The notes beneath the pieces were generated by a model. It saw only the letters and a list, made by a program, of their open reading frames with translations. It searched no databases and was not told the DNA's origin. The position numbers and the translations under genes were made by a program. Positions 30,002-38,059 of a stretch of 64,000 nt of DNA are shown in pieces. The stretch comes from Escherichia coli (lineage in GTDB: Bacteria > Pseudomonadota > Gammaproteobacteria > Enterobacterales > Enterobacteriaceae). The stretch is taken from NCBI RefSeq assembly GCF_041248615.1, contig NZ_CP158426.1. The stretch is one strand, 5' to 3'. Each line of letters starts with the position of its first letter. Position 1 is the first letter of the stretch.

Positions 30002-30043
30002 AAAAAAAGCCACCGTTGCAACTTAAGAGTCACTAACGGCAGC
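30002..30043 (-). terminator. tR'-like terminator downstream of Q
   Basis: Reverse-strand hairpin followed by U7 just upstream of the tRNA genes. Confidence 0.45.
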
Positions 30044-30088
30044 TTATGCCAATAGTGTTGCTCATTTGCTCAATGATGTCAACACGTT

Positions 30089-30577
30089 CTATGCTACATG
30101 TTTAATTTTCTCTACACGTTTCCGATTTTTAAACGCACTATCCAGAACCGGGTAAATCATAAACAACGAGGCATTAAGGATTTCGTCAACTTCCCGTCGA
30201 CAGGTTGCGAGCGATGGTTTTTGAATGCGCCCGCCGCCACGGCATAACATCTTGCGAGGTCTTGCGACGCGATGATAGTAAGATGCAATGGCGTGCTTGG
30301 AAGAGCCATGAGCGTAGTAGCTGAGGAGGATTCCAAAGGCTTTCTTGTCAATGTACATGACGGAATCGACGACCTGAGAAATCAACATTCCATCATCATC
30401 ATTACACATTGGCCTTGTCATAACTCTTCCCGGCTCTACGCTCTCCATGAACTTCGCTATTACGCTGCTCATGCGCTTTTCCAGACGACCTGAATAAACC
30501 CATGCGCCCCACAGTTCAAGCCAGCCATTCAGCCACTCATGCTGTTCTTTGGTGAGGTTTAGTTCTCTTATGCCCAC
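30089..30577 (-). CDS. Q: late gene antiterminator Q (non-lambda type)
   Basis: 162 aa, GTG start at 30577; Cys-containing C-terminal region; occupies the Q position between nin genes and the lysis cassette. Confidence 0.65.
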   Translation of the reverse strand: MGIRELNLTKEQHEWLNGWLELWGAWVYSGRLEKRMSSVIAKFMESVEPGRVMTRPMCNDDDGMLISQVVDSVMYIDKKAFGILLSYYAHGSSKHAIASYYHRVARPRKMLCRGGGRIQKPSLATCRREVDEILNASLFMIYPVLDSAFKNRKRVEKIKHVA

Positions 30578-31124
30578 GCGCCTTCTCCCTGTACCTGAAT
30601 CAATGTGAGATTTCCGCAGAACACTGCCCCAGTATCGATATACATCTGGTTGGCAAATTTGAGTGGTTTCACTGCTGGCGTATGACCAAAGATAAACGTG
30701 TCCGCGCCTTTAATTTCTTTAACGATCCCGTCTTGTGAGTTGCTGATTCGTTCGCGGTTCCAGATTACCTGCTGATGATCAACTGGCTTTCCAAATTCGT
30801 ATTCGTCACAAGGATAATCGGCGTGGCAGATGACATATTTTTTACCTTTGCTCACCAGTTCGATGATTAACGGAAGTTCTTCTGCTTTATGGGCAAGAGC
30901 TTTAGCCAGAATTTCTTTGTCGTAATCGAGATTAAAGAACCAGCCACCGCCATTAAGCAGCCAGTGATTAACGTTTCCACGCTCTGATAAGCCATCAATC
31001 ATCATTTGTTGTCGAATCCAATCGTATCCAGTTTGTTCATAAGGTTCGTGTAGCATCCGTGCAGATCGCCAACCACCCAAATATTTCGGTATTTGCTGCC
31101 ATCAATTCTTTCGTAGATATTCAT
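30568..31124 (-). pseudogene. ninI: ninI (lambda Ser/Thr phosphatase) disrupted by an internal deletion and frameshift
   Basis: N-terminal 40 codons ([40 protein letters not shown]) end at TGA 31002..31004; the C-terminal 160 aa ([15 protein letters not shown]...) lie in another frame; the GDxVDRG and GNHE motif region is absent. Confidence 0.6.
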
Positions 31125-31732
31125 GCAGCCTCACTTCTGCTGTTTCGCAGTTTTTTAAGTTTCTGTTGATACTCCGCCTTGATGGCCCTGCACTCTTCGA
31201 CAGTCCAGCGATGGCGGTTATGGTTTGATTCGATTTCGTCTACTGCTTCCTGCCCGATGCGGTTAATCAGTTCGACGCGATACGGAACGAGATTTCCGCT
31301 TTTGTGCTGGTTGCACACCACGCATTGCTTGTGAATATTGCGTTCATCAAATCGGAGTTGAGGCGCCGCAGCAGTTGTCCGGTAATGCCCGGCATCCCAC
31401 TGAGCAGACGTGAGCGTTCCGCACGAGATACATGGTAAGTCGCGGTCTCTTTCTCTGATGAAGGCGTTTACGGCTTGTTGGGCTTGTTTAATCCAGTAAC
31501 TGCGGGGCTTTAAGGCGAGTTTTCGAATCTTAAGTTTATCTTTCTGTTTCTGCTCCTCTCGTCGTCGTTTCTTCTCTGCTGCCTTTTCCGCTTTTTCGCG
31601 TTCTTTGCTTCGTCGTTCGAGTGCTATCTTGGTTCCACACTCTGGAGAGCACCACCACTGATTGGCGAATGCAGGGTGAAACCATTCCCGACATTCATCG
31701 TTTTTACATCGTCTTCGCGCTGGTTTAGCCAT
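31121..31732 (-). CDS. ninG: NinG (Rap) recombination-promoting nuclease
   Basis: 203 aa [33 protein letters not shown]..., matches my recollection of lambda NinG. Confidence 0.85.
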   Translation of the reverse strand: MAKPARRRCKNDECREWFHPAFANQWWCSPECGTKIALERRSKEREKAEKAAEKKRRREEQKQKDKLKIRKLALKPRSYWIKQAQQAVNAFIRERDRDLPCISCGTLTSAQWDAGHYRTTAAAPQLRFDERNIHKQCVVCNQHKSGNLVPYRVELINRIGQEAVDEIESNHNRHRWTVEECRAIKAEYQQKLKKLRNSRSEAA

Positions 31733-31755
31733 CGTCTTCTTCCTCGTACATCGAG

Positions 31756-31896
31756 CTATTCGGATCGCTCATCAGTTCTGCGCAGCAATGCGCAGCACAC
31801 GTGAACTTCAAGCACATGCAGCTTCTGACCGCAGTTAGCGCACGTTAAAGCTCGCTCGACGCTTCCTTGTTCGTAACTTCGATTTGGGTCAATCAC
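31756..31896 (-). CDS. ninF: NinF-like small Cys-rich protein with altered C-terminus (apparent frameshift relative to lambda NinF)
   Basis: GTG start overlapping ninE stop; encodes ...[23 protein letters not shown] then diverges; the lambda-like C-terminus [20 protein letters not shown] is in another frame. Confidence 0.45.
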   Translation of the reverse strand: MIDPNRSYEQGSVERALTCANCGQKLHVLEVHVCCALLRRTDERSE

Positions 31897-32075
31897 CTTG
31901 TATTCCTCGCACGTTCTCTAAGCCACCGGATATCCCACAGGTGAGCCGTGTAGTTGAAGGTTTTTACGTCAGATTCTTTCGGGATTGGCTTGCGTTTATT
32001 TCTGGAGCGTTTCGTTGGAAGGTATTTGCAGTTTTCGCAGATGATGTCGGTGAAACTTCGTCGCTGTCGCCTCAT
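31893..32075 (-). CDS. ninE: NinE
   Basis: 60 aa [60 protein letters not shown]. Confidence 0.75.
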   Translation of the reverse strand: MRRQRRSFTDIICENCKYLPTKRSRNKRKPIPKESDVKTFNYTAHLWDIRWLRERARNTR

Positions 32076-32599
32076 GCCGCCCTCCTGACGCCCTGCCCGA
32101 TCGCCATCAATGCCGCTTTGGATACGGTAGTAAACATCCGTCGAGGACTGATGAACGGTCGCCAAATCAGCAGCATGGAGCCTTTGCTGTTTCCCTTCTT
32201 CTCCAGCCCTGTCGATGGTTCGATAAAATTAATCCGTCCATCAGTGATAATGCGAACTTCGTCGACACTCTCCAGAGCCTTGCTGAACCATCCGACTGAC
32301 ATATCCTCTGGCACAAGCATAACTACCGTCTGTCGCTGTTGTATGCACTGCTCAGCGGCTTTTTCCACCCACGGCCTGATATTGCTGTACGGCGGGTTAT
32401 TCCAGATTGCACCGTGGCTTACCCACTCAGAATTTAGCGCGTCGTCAGCCTCAGTTAGCCAGTGAGCGCACAGAGCATTTTTGTCGCTCGCTGCCGAATC
32501 CAGCCAGAATCCAAACTCAATATCCAGTGCATCAAAAAGCCAAAGCGGCGTTTGCCAGCAGTCCTTGTCGTGTGCTGGCGTATTTGATTTGATAGTCAT
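32072..32599 (-). CDS. phage DNA N6-adenine methyltransferase (Dam-like), in the position of lambda ninC/ninD
   Basis: 175 aa from ATG at 32599; catalytic motif NPPY ([11 protein letters not shown]). Confidence 0.75.
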   Translation of the reverse strand: MTIKSNTPAHDKDCWQTPLWLFDALDIEFGFWLDSAASDKNALCAHWLTEADDALNSEWVSHGAIWNNPPYSNIRPWVEKAAEQCIQQRQTVVMLVPEDMSVGWFSKALESVDEVRIITDGRINFIEPSTGLEKKGNSKGSMLLIWRPFISPRRMFTTVSKAALMAIGQGVRRAA

Positions 32600-33036
32600 G
32601 CAGCCCGATCTCCCCATCGCGCTTTCCATTCGAGAGCTAGTCGCGCTTCGTCTGACCACTTAACGCCACGCTCTGTACCGAATGCCTGTATAAGCTCTAA
32701 TAGCTCCGCAAATTCGCTTACACGCATCCTGCTGGTTGACTGGCCTATTACCACAAAGCCATTCCCGGCAAGGTTAGGAACAACGTCCTGCTGCTTTAAT
32801 GCTGCTGTAAAAACGCACTTCCAGCTTTCTGCATCCAGCCAGCGACCATGCCATTCAACCTGACGAGAGACGTCACCAAGGCAAGCCCAAAGCTTTCGAT
32901 TCTGGTCTAAGCTGCGGTTGCGTTCCTGAATAGTTACTACGATTGGTTTGGTTGGGTCTGGAAGGATTTGCTGTACTGCGTGAATAGCGTTCTGCTGATG
33001 TGCTGGAGATCGAATTTCAAAGGTTAGTTTTTTCAT
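32596..33036 (-). CDS. ninB: NinB (Orf) recombination mediator
   Basis: 146 aa MKKLTFEIRSPAHQQNAIHAVQQILPDPTKPIVVTIQERNRSLDQNRKLWA... Confidence 0.85.
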   Translation of the reverse strand: MKKLTFEIRSPAHQQNAIHAVQQILPDPTKPIVVTIQERNRSLDQNRKLWACLGDVSRQVEWHGRWLDAESWKCVFTAALKQQDVVPNLAGNGFVVIGQSTSRMRVSEFAELLELIQAFGTERGVKWSDEARLALEWKARWGDRAA

Positions 33037-33116
33037 GACTTCCCTCTCCCCCAAATAAAAAGGCCTGCGATTACCAGCAGGCCTGTTATTAGCTCAGTGA
33101 TGTAGATGGTCATCTT

Positions 33117-33389
33117 TTAACTCCATATACCGCCAATACCCGTTTCATCGCGGCACTCCTTAAAAATTAGGTTCGTGCTCATCTTTCCTTCCCGTTCTTC
33201 CTTGGTAGCAAACCGGTAATACACCGTTCGCCAGACCTTACCTTCGATAACCAGAAGACCTGCCCGTGCCATTTTAGCCGCGGCCTGATTTATGCTGGTT
33301 ACTGTTGCGCCTGTTAGCGCGGCAACGTCCGGCGCACAGAAGCTATTATGCGTCCCCAGGTAATGAATAATTGCCTCTTTGCCCGTCAT
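33117..33389 (-). CDS. ren: Ren exclusion-protection protein
   Basis: 90-aa ORF immediately downstream of P; sequence recalled as lambda Ren-like; true start may be slightly upstream. Confidence 0.75.
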   Translation of the reverse strand: MTGKEAIIHYLGTHNSFCAPDVAALTGATVTSINQAAAKMARAGLLVIEGKVWRTVYYRFATKEEREGKMSTNLIFKECRDETGIGGIWS

Positions 33390-34087
33390 ACACTTGCTCC
33401 TTTCAGTCCGAACTTAGCTTTGAGTTCTGCGATCTTCGCCAGAGCCTGTGCACGATTTAGAGGTCTACCGCCCATAACAGGAAGTTGTTTTACTGGTTCA
33501 GGTATCGTCTCACCACGGTTAATTCGCGCTGTCATACAGGTCAGTTCATCGGCAGCCTTGCGCCGTAATTCCGCGTCAGTCAGCGCATTGGCCCGCATGT
33601 TCTGGTACAAGTTGGTAACCAACCAGTAATGCGCGTTCGATTTCCACGGATAAGACTCTGCATCCGGATACAGGCCACGCTTCCGGCAATACTCGTAAAC
33701 CATATCAACCAGCTCGCTGACGTTTGGCAGCCCGGCGTTAACGGATGCTTCTTCCCGGCACCAGGCGACAAACTGCCCGGGTGATGGCAGGAATGGTCGA
33801 TTCTGCCGACGGGCTACGCGCATTCCTGCGTTAACCTGTTCCATTGTGGTGATCCCGTTTTCCCGGAAAGCCAGAACCCACTGGCGGCGGATTTCGTTCA
33901 GTTCATTCTGGTCACGGTTAGCCAGGCTCGCCGGGAAAGTTGCCAGTAACTGGCTGAACACACCGTTGATGATCTGCGCTACCTGCTGTACCTGCGGCTT
34001 TTCGTCGTACTGTTCCGGCATGTTGTTGGCGATCCGACGCATCTGCTCACGGTCAAAGTTAACCATCTGTGCGGCGATGTTTTTCAT
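33386..34087 (-). CDS. P: replication protein P (DnaB helicase loader)
   Basis: 233 aa MKNIAAQMVNFDREQMRRIANNMPEQYDEKPQVQQ..., lambda P-like. Confidence 0.9.
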   Translation of the reverse strand: MKNIAAQMVNFDREQMRRIANNMPEQYDEKPQVQQVAQIINGVFSQLLATFPASLANRDQNELNEIRRQWVLAFRENGITTMEQVNAGMRVARRQNRPFLPSPGQFVAWCREEASVNAGLPNVSELVDMVYEYCRKRGLYPDAESYPWKSNAHYWLVTNLYQNMRANALTDAELRRKAADELTCMTARINRGETIPEPVKQLPVMGGRPLNRAQALAKIAELKAKFGLKGASV

Positions 34088-34983
34088 AAATCCACCCCGT
34101 AAATCCAGTCAGTGTTTGTCAGGTCGAGTTTTGGTTTGCTGGCTATCATGCCTGCCTGTTGCTTGTTACGGTTGATTTCGAGCTGGGTCCACTTGTCGCG
34201 GAGTTTGGCCGGACTCAGCACGTTACCGGACCAGAAGTTGTCCTGGCATGCCCAGCGGAACAGTACACACATATCGCGGTGGTTACGTCCGTCACGTTCA
34301 CGCATCAGGCGGATATCGTTAGCCCACCCTGCAAAATTCGGTTTTCTGGCTGATGGCGCGATGGTCTTCACCATGTCAAACATCCACTCTGCGGCGGTCA
34401 GGTCTTCTGCTGTCCCCCACTTGCTGCCGCTCTGAATTGCAGCATCCGGTTTCACCACAGGAAGATCGTTTTCTGGCTGGTCAGAGGATTCGCCAGAATT
34501 CTCGGACGAATAATCTTTTCTTTTTTCTTTTGTAATAGTGTCTTTTGTGTCCCTCTGTTTTGAGGGATAGCAATCCCCCAATTTGAGGGATGTTTTATCC
34601 CTCGTTTTAGGGGATTTTCCCTCGTTTTGAGGGATACACCATTCTGAGATGTTTTTATTTGGTCCAAACATGCCGCCTTGCTGCTTGATAATATTCATTC
34701 TGACGAGTTCTAACTTGGCTTCATTGCACCGTTTGACAGGTAACTTTGTAATCTCGCTAAGTTGAGAATCGGTGATTCTGTCCATTGGTTTATTCCACCC
34801 ATAGGTTTTACGCAGAATGGCAAGCAGCACTTTAAACTGTCGCTTGGTCAGATCTGCGCCTGAATAAGCCTCAAGCAGCATATTTGATAGTCTGGCGTAA
34901 CCATCATCGAGATCTGCCACATTACGCTCCTGTCCGGCAAAGTTACCTCTGCCGAAGTTGAGTATTTTTGCTGTATTTGTCAT
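34084..34983 (-). CDS. O: replication initiator O
   Basis: 299 aa from ATG at 34983, MTNTAKILNFGRGNFAGQERNVADLDDGYARLS...; contains the iteron array. Confidence 0.9.
   Translation of the reverse strand: MTNTAKILNFGRGNFAGQERNVADLDDGYARLSNMLLEAYSGADLTKRQFKVLLAILRKTYGWNKPMDRITDSQLSEITKLPVKRCNEAKLELVRMNIIKQQGGMFGPNKNISEWCIPQNEGKSPKTRDKTSLKLGDCYPSKQRDTKDTITKEKRKDYSSENSGESSDQPENDLPVVKPDAAIQSGSKWGTAEDLTAAEWMFDMVKTIAPSARKPNFAGWANDIRLMRERDGRNHRDMCVLFRWACQDNFWSGNVLSPAKLRDKWTQLEINRNKQQAGMIASKPKLDLTNTDWIYGVDL
34550..34635. repeat. ori-lambda iterons (four ~19-bp direct repeats) inside O, next to an AT-rich tract
   Basis: Four repeats of the form TCCCTC-N-GAGGGAT; adjacent AT-rich tract 34500..34549. 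Confidence 0.75.
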
Positions 34984-35017
34984 AATGACTCCTGTGGATT
35001 GATCCAGTCTTTCTACA

Positions 35018-35296
35018 TCAGGCCTCAAAACTGTTGCAGCAGTCTTGAGGCTTTTCTTTTGTCAGCACCATGGCTACTTTCTTTGCTAGCTTTGCTAATT
35101 CCTCGTCTTCAACACCCCACTCCAGCACAGCCAGAAGCATGGCCATCTTTGGGATAAAGCTGTCTTTCCATCGCGAAATTTGCGATTCATTAATCCCTAA
35201 TGCATCAGCAACCTTTCGCTGACCACGTACAGCAATTCGATTCAGGATGTTGCTTGTGATTGCATTCGCTTTCTTGCGAGTACTTGTAAGTTGCAT
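35018..35296 (-). CDS. cII: CII transcriptional activator
   Basis: 92 aa from ATG at 35296 with RBS AAGGAAA; HTH ...ALGINESQISRWKDSFIPKMAMLLAVLEWGV resembles lambda CII. Confidence 0.75.
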   Translation of the reverse strand: MQLTSTRKKANAITSNILNRIAVRGQRKVADALGINESQISRWKDSFIPKMAMLLAVLEWGVEDEELAKLAKKVAMVLTKEKPQDCCNSFEA

Positions 35297-35352
35297 ATGT
35301 AAGTATTTCCTTAACAAATAAGAAGTTATACGCACCAACTGATGCGCGTTGT

Positions 35353-35398
35353 ATTCCCGCATTTCGGCGGGAATAAGGACCATGACTGTTAAAGAGCA
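35353..35398 (-). promoter_or_regulatory. nutR (boxA plus boxB hairpin)
   Basis: Reverse strand TGCTCTTTAACA (boxA-like) then hairpin TTCCCGCCGAAATGCGGGAA; same boxB sequence as nutL. Confidence 0.6.
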
Positions 35399-35404
35399 AT
35401 TTGC

Positions 35405-35590
35405 TTATGCCGCTTTGCGATAAGCACTTTCTTGATACTTCAGGGCGCCAGCTGTAACGACTTCCAGTCGATAGGCGTCTTTCTCTGGGATGACTTCCTT
35501 CCACTGAGAAACTGCTGCATCGCTAATGCCTAACGCTTTAGCTACCGCACGCTGGGTTCCGAAGTGGTCGATAACATCTTTCTTGTACAT
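35405..35590 (-). CDS. cro: Cro repressor
   Basis: 61 aa with HTH ...QRAVAKALGISDAAVSQW...; divergent from cI across the operator region. Confidence 0.7.
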   Translation of the reverse strand: MYKKDVIDHFGTQRAVAKALGISDAAVSQWKEVIPEKDAYRLEVVTAGALKYQESAYRKAA

Positions 35591-35670
35591 AGACTCGCTC
35601 CGAAATTAAAGAACACTTAAATTATCTATCAAAGGAATCTTAAGTCAAGTTTATTTAAGATGTCTTAACT
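35591..35670. promoter_or_regulatory. OR operator region with pR and pRM
   Basis: TTAA-centred inverted repeats (ATCTTAAGT...ATTTAAGAT); reverse-strand -35 TTGACT (35643..35648) and -10 ATAATT (35620..35625) with 17-bp spacing, upstream of cro. Confidence 0.6.
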
Positions 35671-36321
35671 ATGAATACACAACTGATGGGTGAGCGTATT
35701 CGCGCTCGCAGAAAAGAACTTAAGATTAGGCAGGCTGCCCTTGGCAAGATGGTTGGCGTGTCTAATGTTGCTATTTCCCAATGGGAGCGTTCTGAAACTG
35801 AGCCCAATGGCGAAAACCTATTGGCTTTAGCCAAGGCTTTACAGTGCTCCCCTGATTACTTGTTGAAAGGAGAAGATAGTCTTTCAAACATTGCCTATCA
35901 CAGCAGGCATGATCCAAGAGGTTCGTATCCTCTAATTAGTTGGGTAAGCGCAGGATGTTGGATGGAAGCTGTAGAGCCATATCATAAGCGTGCAATAGAT
36001 AACTGGTACGATACAACCGTAGATTGTTCAGAAGATTCGTTTTGGCTGGACGTAAAGGGTGATTCGATGACGGCTCCAGCCGGTCTTAGCATCCCGGAAG
36101 GGATGATAATACTAGTCGATCCTGAAGTAGAACCTCGTAATGGGAAGCTGGTAGTGGCAAAGCTCGAAGGAGAAAACGAGGCAACTTTCAAGAAGTTAGT
36201 TATTGATGCTGGCAGAAGGTTTCTAAAACCACTTAACCCACAATATCCGATGATTGAGATCAACGGGAACTGCAAAATCATCGGTGTAGTTGTCGATGCA
36301 AAAATAGCAAACCTTCCATAA
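35671..36321 (+). CDS. cI: CI repressor (HTH plus S24 LexA-like autopeptidase domain)
   Basis: 216 aa; N-terminal HTH ...QAALGKMVGVSNVAISQWER...; C-terminal domain ...GDSMTAPAGLSIPEGMIILVD...KIIGVVV resembles the 434/21-type repressor. Confidence 0.85.
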   Translation: MNTQLMGERIRARRKELKIRQAALGKMVGVSNVAISQWERSETEPNGENLLALAKALQCSPDYLLKGEDSLSNIAYHSRHDPRGSYPLISWVSAGCWMEAVEPYHKRAIDNWYDTTVDCSEDSFWLDVKGDSMTAPAGLSIPEGMIILVDPEVEPRNGKLVVAKLEGENEATFKKLVIDAGRRFLKPLNPQYPMIEINGNCKIIGVVVDAKIANLP

Positions 36322-36345
36322 GGGGCATTCGCCCCTTTTTTTCTT
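36321..36345 (+). terminator. rho-independent terminator after cI
   Basis: Hairpin AGGGGCATTCGCCCCT followed by TTTTTTT, overlapping the cI stop. Confidence 0.55.
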
Positions 36346-36365
36346 TCCTTTAAAAATCAAAGCAA

Positions 36366-36447
36366 AACTTAAACTTCGCAATAAAATTTAAGTTTTCTTC
36401 AAAAACACTCTTGACCAATAATTAAAGAAATCTTAAATTTAAGTCAT
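36366..36447. promoter_or_regulatory. OL operator region with pL
   Basis: Inverted repeats AAACTTAAA...TTTAAGTTT and perfect palindrome CTTAAATTTAAG; -35 TTGACC (36411..36416) and -10 TAAATT (36434..36439), 17-bp spacing, directed toward N. Confidence 0.55.
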
Positions 36448-36484
36448 CAGCAGGACGCTGGTAGCCAAACGGAACAGATTGGCA

Positions 36485-36527
36485 GGCTCTTTAACATTGA
36501 TGGGATTGTCCCGCCGAAATGCGGGAA
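36485..36527 (+). promoter_or_regulatory. nutL (boxA plus boxB hairpin)
   Basis: GCTCTTTAACA then hairpin TCCCGCCGAAATGCGGGA, upstream of N. Confidence 0.6.
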
Positions 36528-36633
36528 CCAAAGAGTAGTTGGCTTTGGGGTGACGTGAAGTGCAGCTGCACGACGGCAACCGGAAGATAAGCACCCGGCG
36601 CGTCACCGCCAAAGTCAATCATCGGAGGTCAAC

Positions 36634-36933
36634 ATGGCAGTAGTCATTACATATCTGGCTGACGATAACGCCAGAAATCGCCGCAGAGCACGCAGACAGG
36701 CTCAACGTGAACAGGCAATGCAAGAACAGCGACTGGCGCGAAAGATTGCGCTAAAGCTCTCTGGTTGCGTCAGAGCAGATAAAGCAGCATCACTCGGAAG
36801 CCTTCGCTGCAAGAAGGCAGAAGAGGTCGAGAGTAAACGGAATCGTATTTACTACCGCAAGCCACGCAGTGAAATGGGTGTGACTTGTGTTGGTCGCCAG
36901 AAAATGAAATTAGGCAGTAAGCCACTTATTTGA
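36634..36933 (+). CDS. N: antiterminator N (phage 21-like)
   Basis: 99 aa with N-terminal arginine-rich motif NARNRRRARRQAQRE and C-terminus ...YYRKPRSEMGVTCVGRQKMKLGSKPLI resembling N proteins. Confidence 0.75.
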   Translation: MAVVITYLADDNARNRRRARRQAQREQAMQEQRLARKIALKLSGCVRADKAASLGSLRCKKAEEVESKRNRIYYRKPRSEMGVTCVGRQKMKLGSKPLI

Positions 36934-36944
36934 GAGGAATTAAT

Positions 36945-37568
36945 ATGTCATCAATCCGCTTAACTACGAGAATGAAAGAGGAAATCGCTCGTAACGCTTT
37001 AATTAAGTCTGGGGTTTTCACTGAACTTGAAGAAGTAACAAAGTTAAAGAACCAGCTTGCACTTGACGCCAGAGTTATTGCGTTTGGCGGTAAAAAGAAA
37101 ACTGAGGAAGTGGATCAGTTATCATCCAAGTTGGTAGCTATAAGTGAAGAACTTGAAAAGATGGGATGTTCATTTTACTCATACGATGTTCGTTCTACTT
37201 CAATTTATCTGACTGTATCTGGCAGAAGGGTTGGATGGCTTTCATATGGGAAAGACGGCAACGGCGAAGATATATTGCTCCCTGCTCCGAACAAAGATAA
37301 ATGCATGTTTAGCGCAGAACACGAAATAACAAAAAGGTTTGATGAAATCTGCGCATTGCAACAAAAACTTGAAGCCAAGAAAAAGGATATCGAATCAAAT
37401 GTATGGGCTGCTTTGAACTCAGTCACAACAGTTAAGCGACTTATTGAAGTTTGGCCTGAAAGCAAAGAGTTGCTACCAAAAGAAGCAGATAAAGCAAGTA
37501 CAGCACTTCCTGCTTTACGGGTAGAAGATTTGAATAAGATGATTGGACTTCCTTCCGAGGCCGCATAG
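36945..37568 (+). CDS. hypothetical protein (207 aa) immediately downstream of N
   Basis: ATG at 36945 with RBS GAGAGGA; no motif I can assign; followed by a terminator. Confidence 0.5.
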   Translation: MSSIRLTTRMKEEIARNALIKSGVFTELEEVTKLKNQLALDARVIAFGGKKKTEEVDQLSSKLVAISEELEKMGCSFYSYDVRSTSIYLTVSGRRVGWLSYGKDGNGEDILLPAPNKDKCMFSAEHEITKRFDEICALQQKLEAKKKDIESNVWAALNSVTTVKRLIEVWPESKELLPKEADKASTALPALRVEDLNKMIGLPSEAA

Positions 37569-37584
37569 TCGGCCTTTATTTTTG
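37558..37584 (+). terminator. rho-independent terminator after the post-N gene
   Basis: Stem AGGCCG/CGGCCT with loop CATAGT followed by TTTATTTTT. Confidence 0.5.
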
Positions 37585-37605
37585 GCATAAACAACAGAGG
37601 TGAAT

Positions 37606-37740
37606 ATGAACGCAGTTGAATTTGCAAAATGGATGGCAGAGCAAGATATCACAGGAGCCGACGAAAAGGCTGTGTACTACATGGCTCTGCTATGGATTCA
37701 CAAAGCAAAAGAGGCTGCAAATGCTCTTGGAGGTGAGTGA
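37606..37740 (+). CDS. small hypothetical protein (44 aa)
   Basis: ATG at 37606 with RBS AGAGGTGA; stop overlaps the next ORF start. Confidence 0.35.
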   Translation: MNAVEFAKWMAEQDITGADEKAVYYMALLWIHKAKEAANALGGE

Positions 37741-37925
37741 TGTGCGAGTTTTATGAAGCAGATATCAAACGCCCAGAAATGGCAAGTGATGCGACATTAC
37801 GTGATTACTTCGCAGCAAAGTTCATGCAGGGAGTTTGTGCAAATCCAGACAGGCTTTATGACAACGAACCACTTGCTAAAGAAGCTTATGCGATGGCAGA
37901 CGCAATGCTCAAAGCTCGCGAATAA
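37740..37925 (+). CDS. small hypothetical protein (61 aa)
   Basis: ATG at 37740 overlapping the previous stop (ATGA-type coupling). Confidence 0.4.
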   Translation: MCEFYEADIKRPEMASDATLRDYFAAKFMQGVCANPDRLYDNEPLAKEAYAMADAMLKARE

Positions 37926-38059
37926 GCACTGTGTATTCATTCCAACGAGTGAATACACGGAGCAATGTCGCTCGTAACTAAACAGGAGCCGACTTGTTCT
38001 GATTATTTGAAATCTTCTTTGCCCTCCGATGTGAGGGCAATTTTTTTGATGGAGGATAT

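Noticed and set aside
35297-35383. N-terminal extension of the cII ORF given by the ORF track
   Set aside because: The extension overlaps the nutR boxA/boxB element and starts at a non-ATG codon; the internal ATG at 35296 with RBS gives the expected ~92-aa CII.
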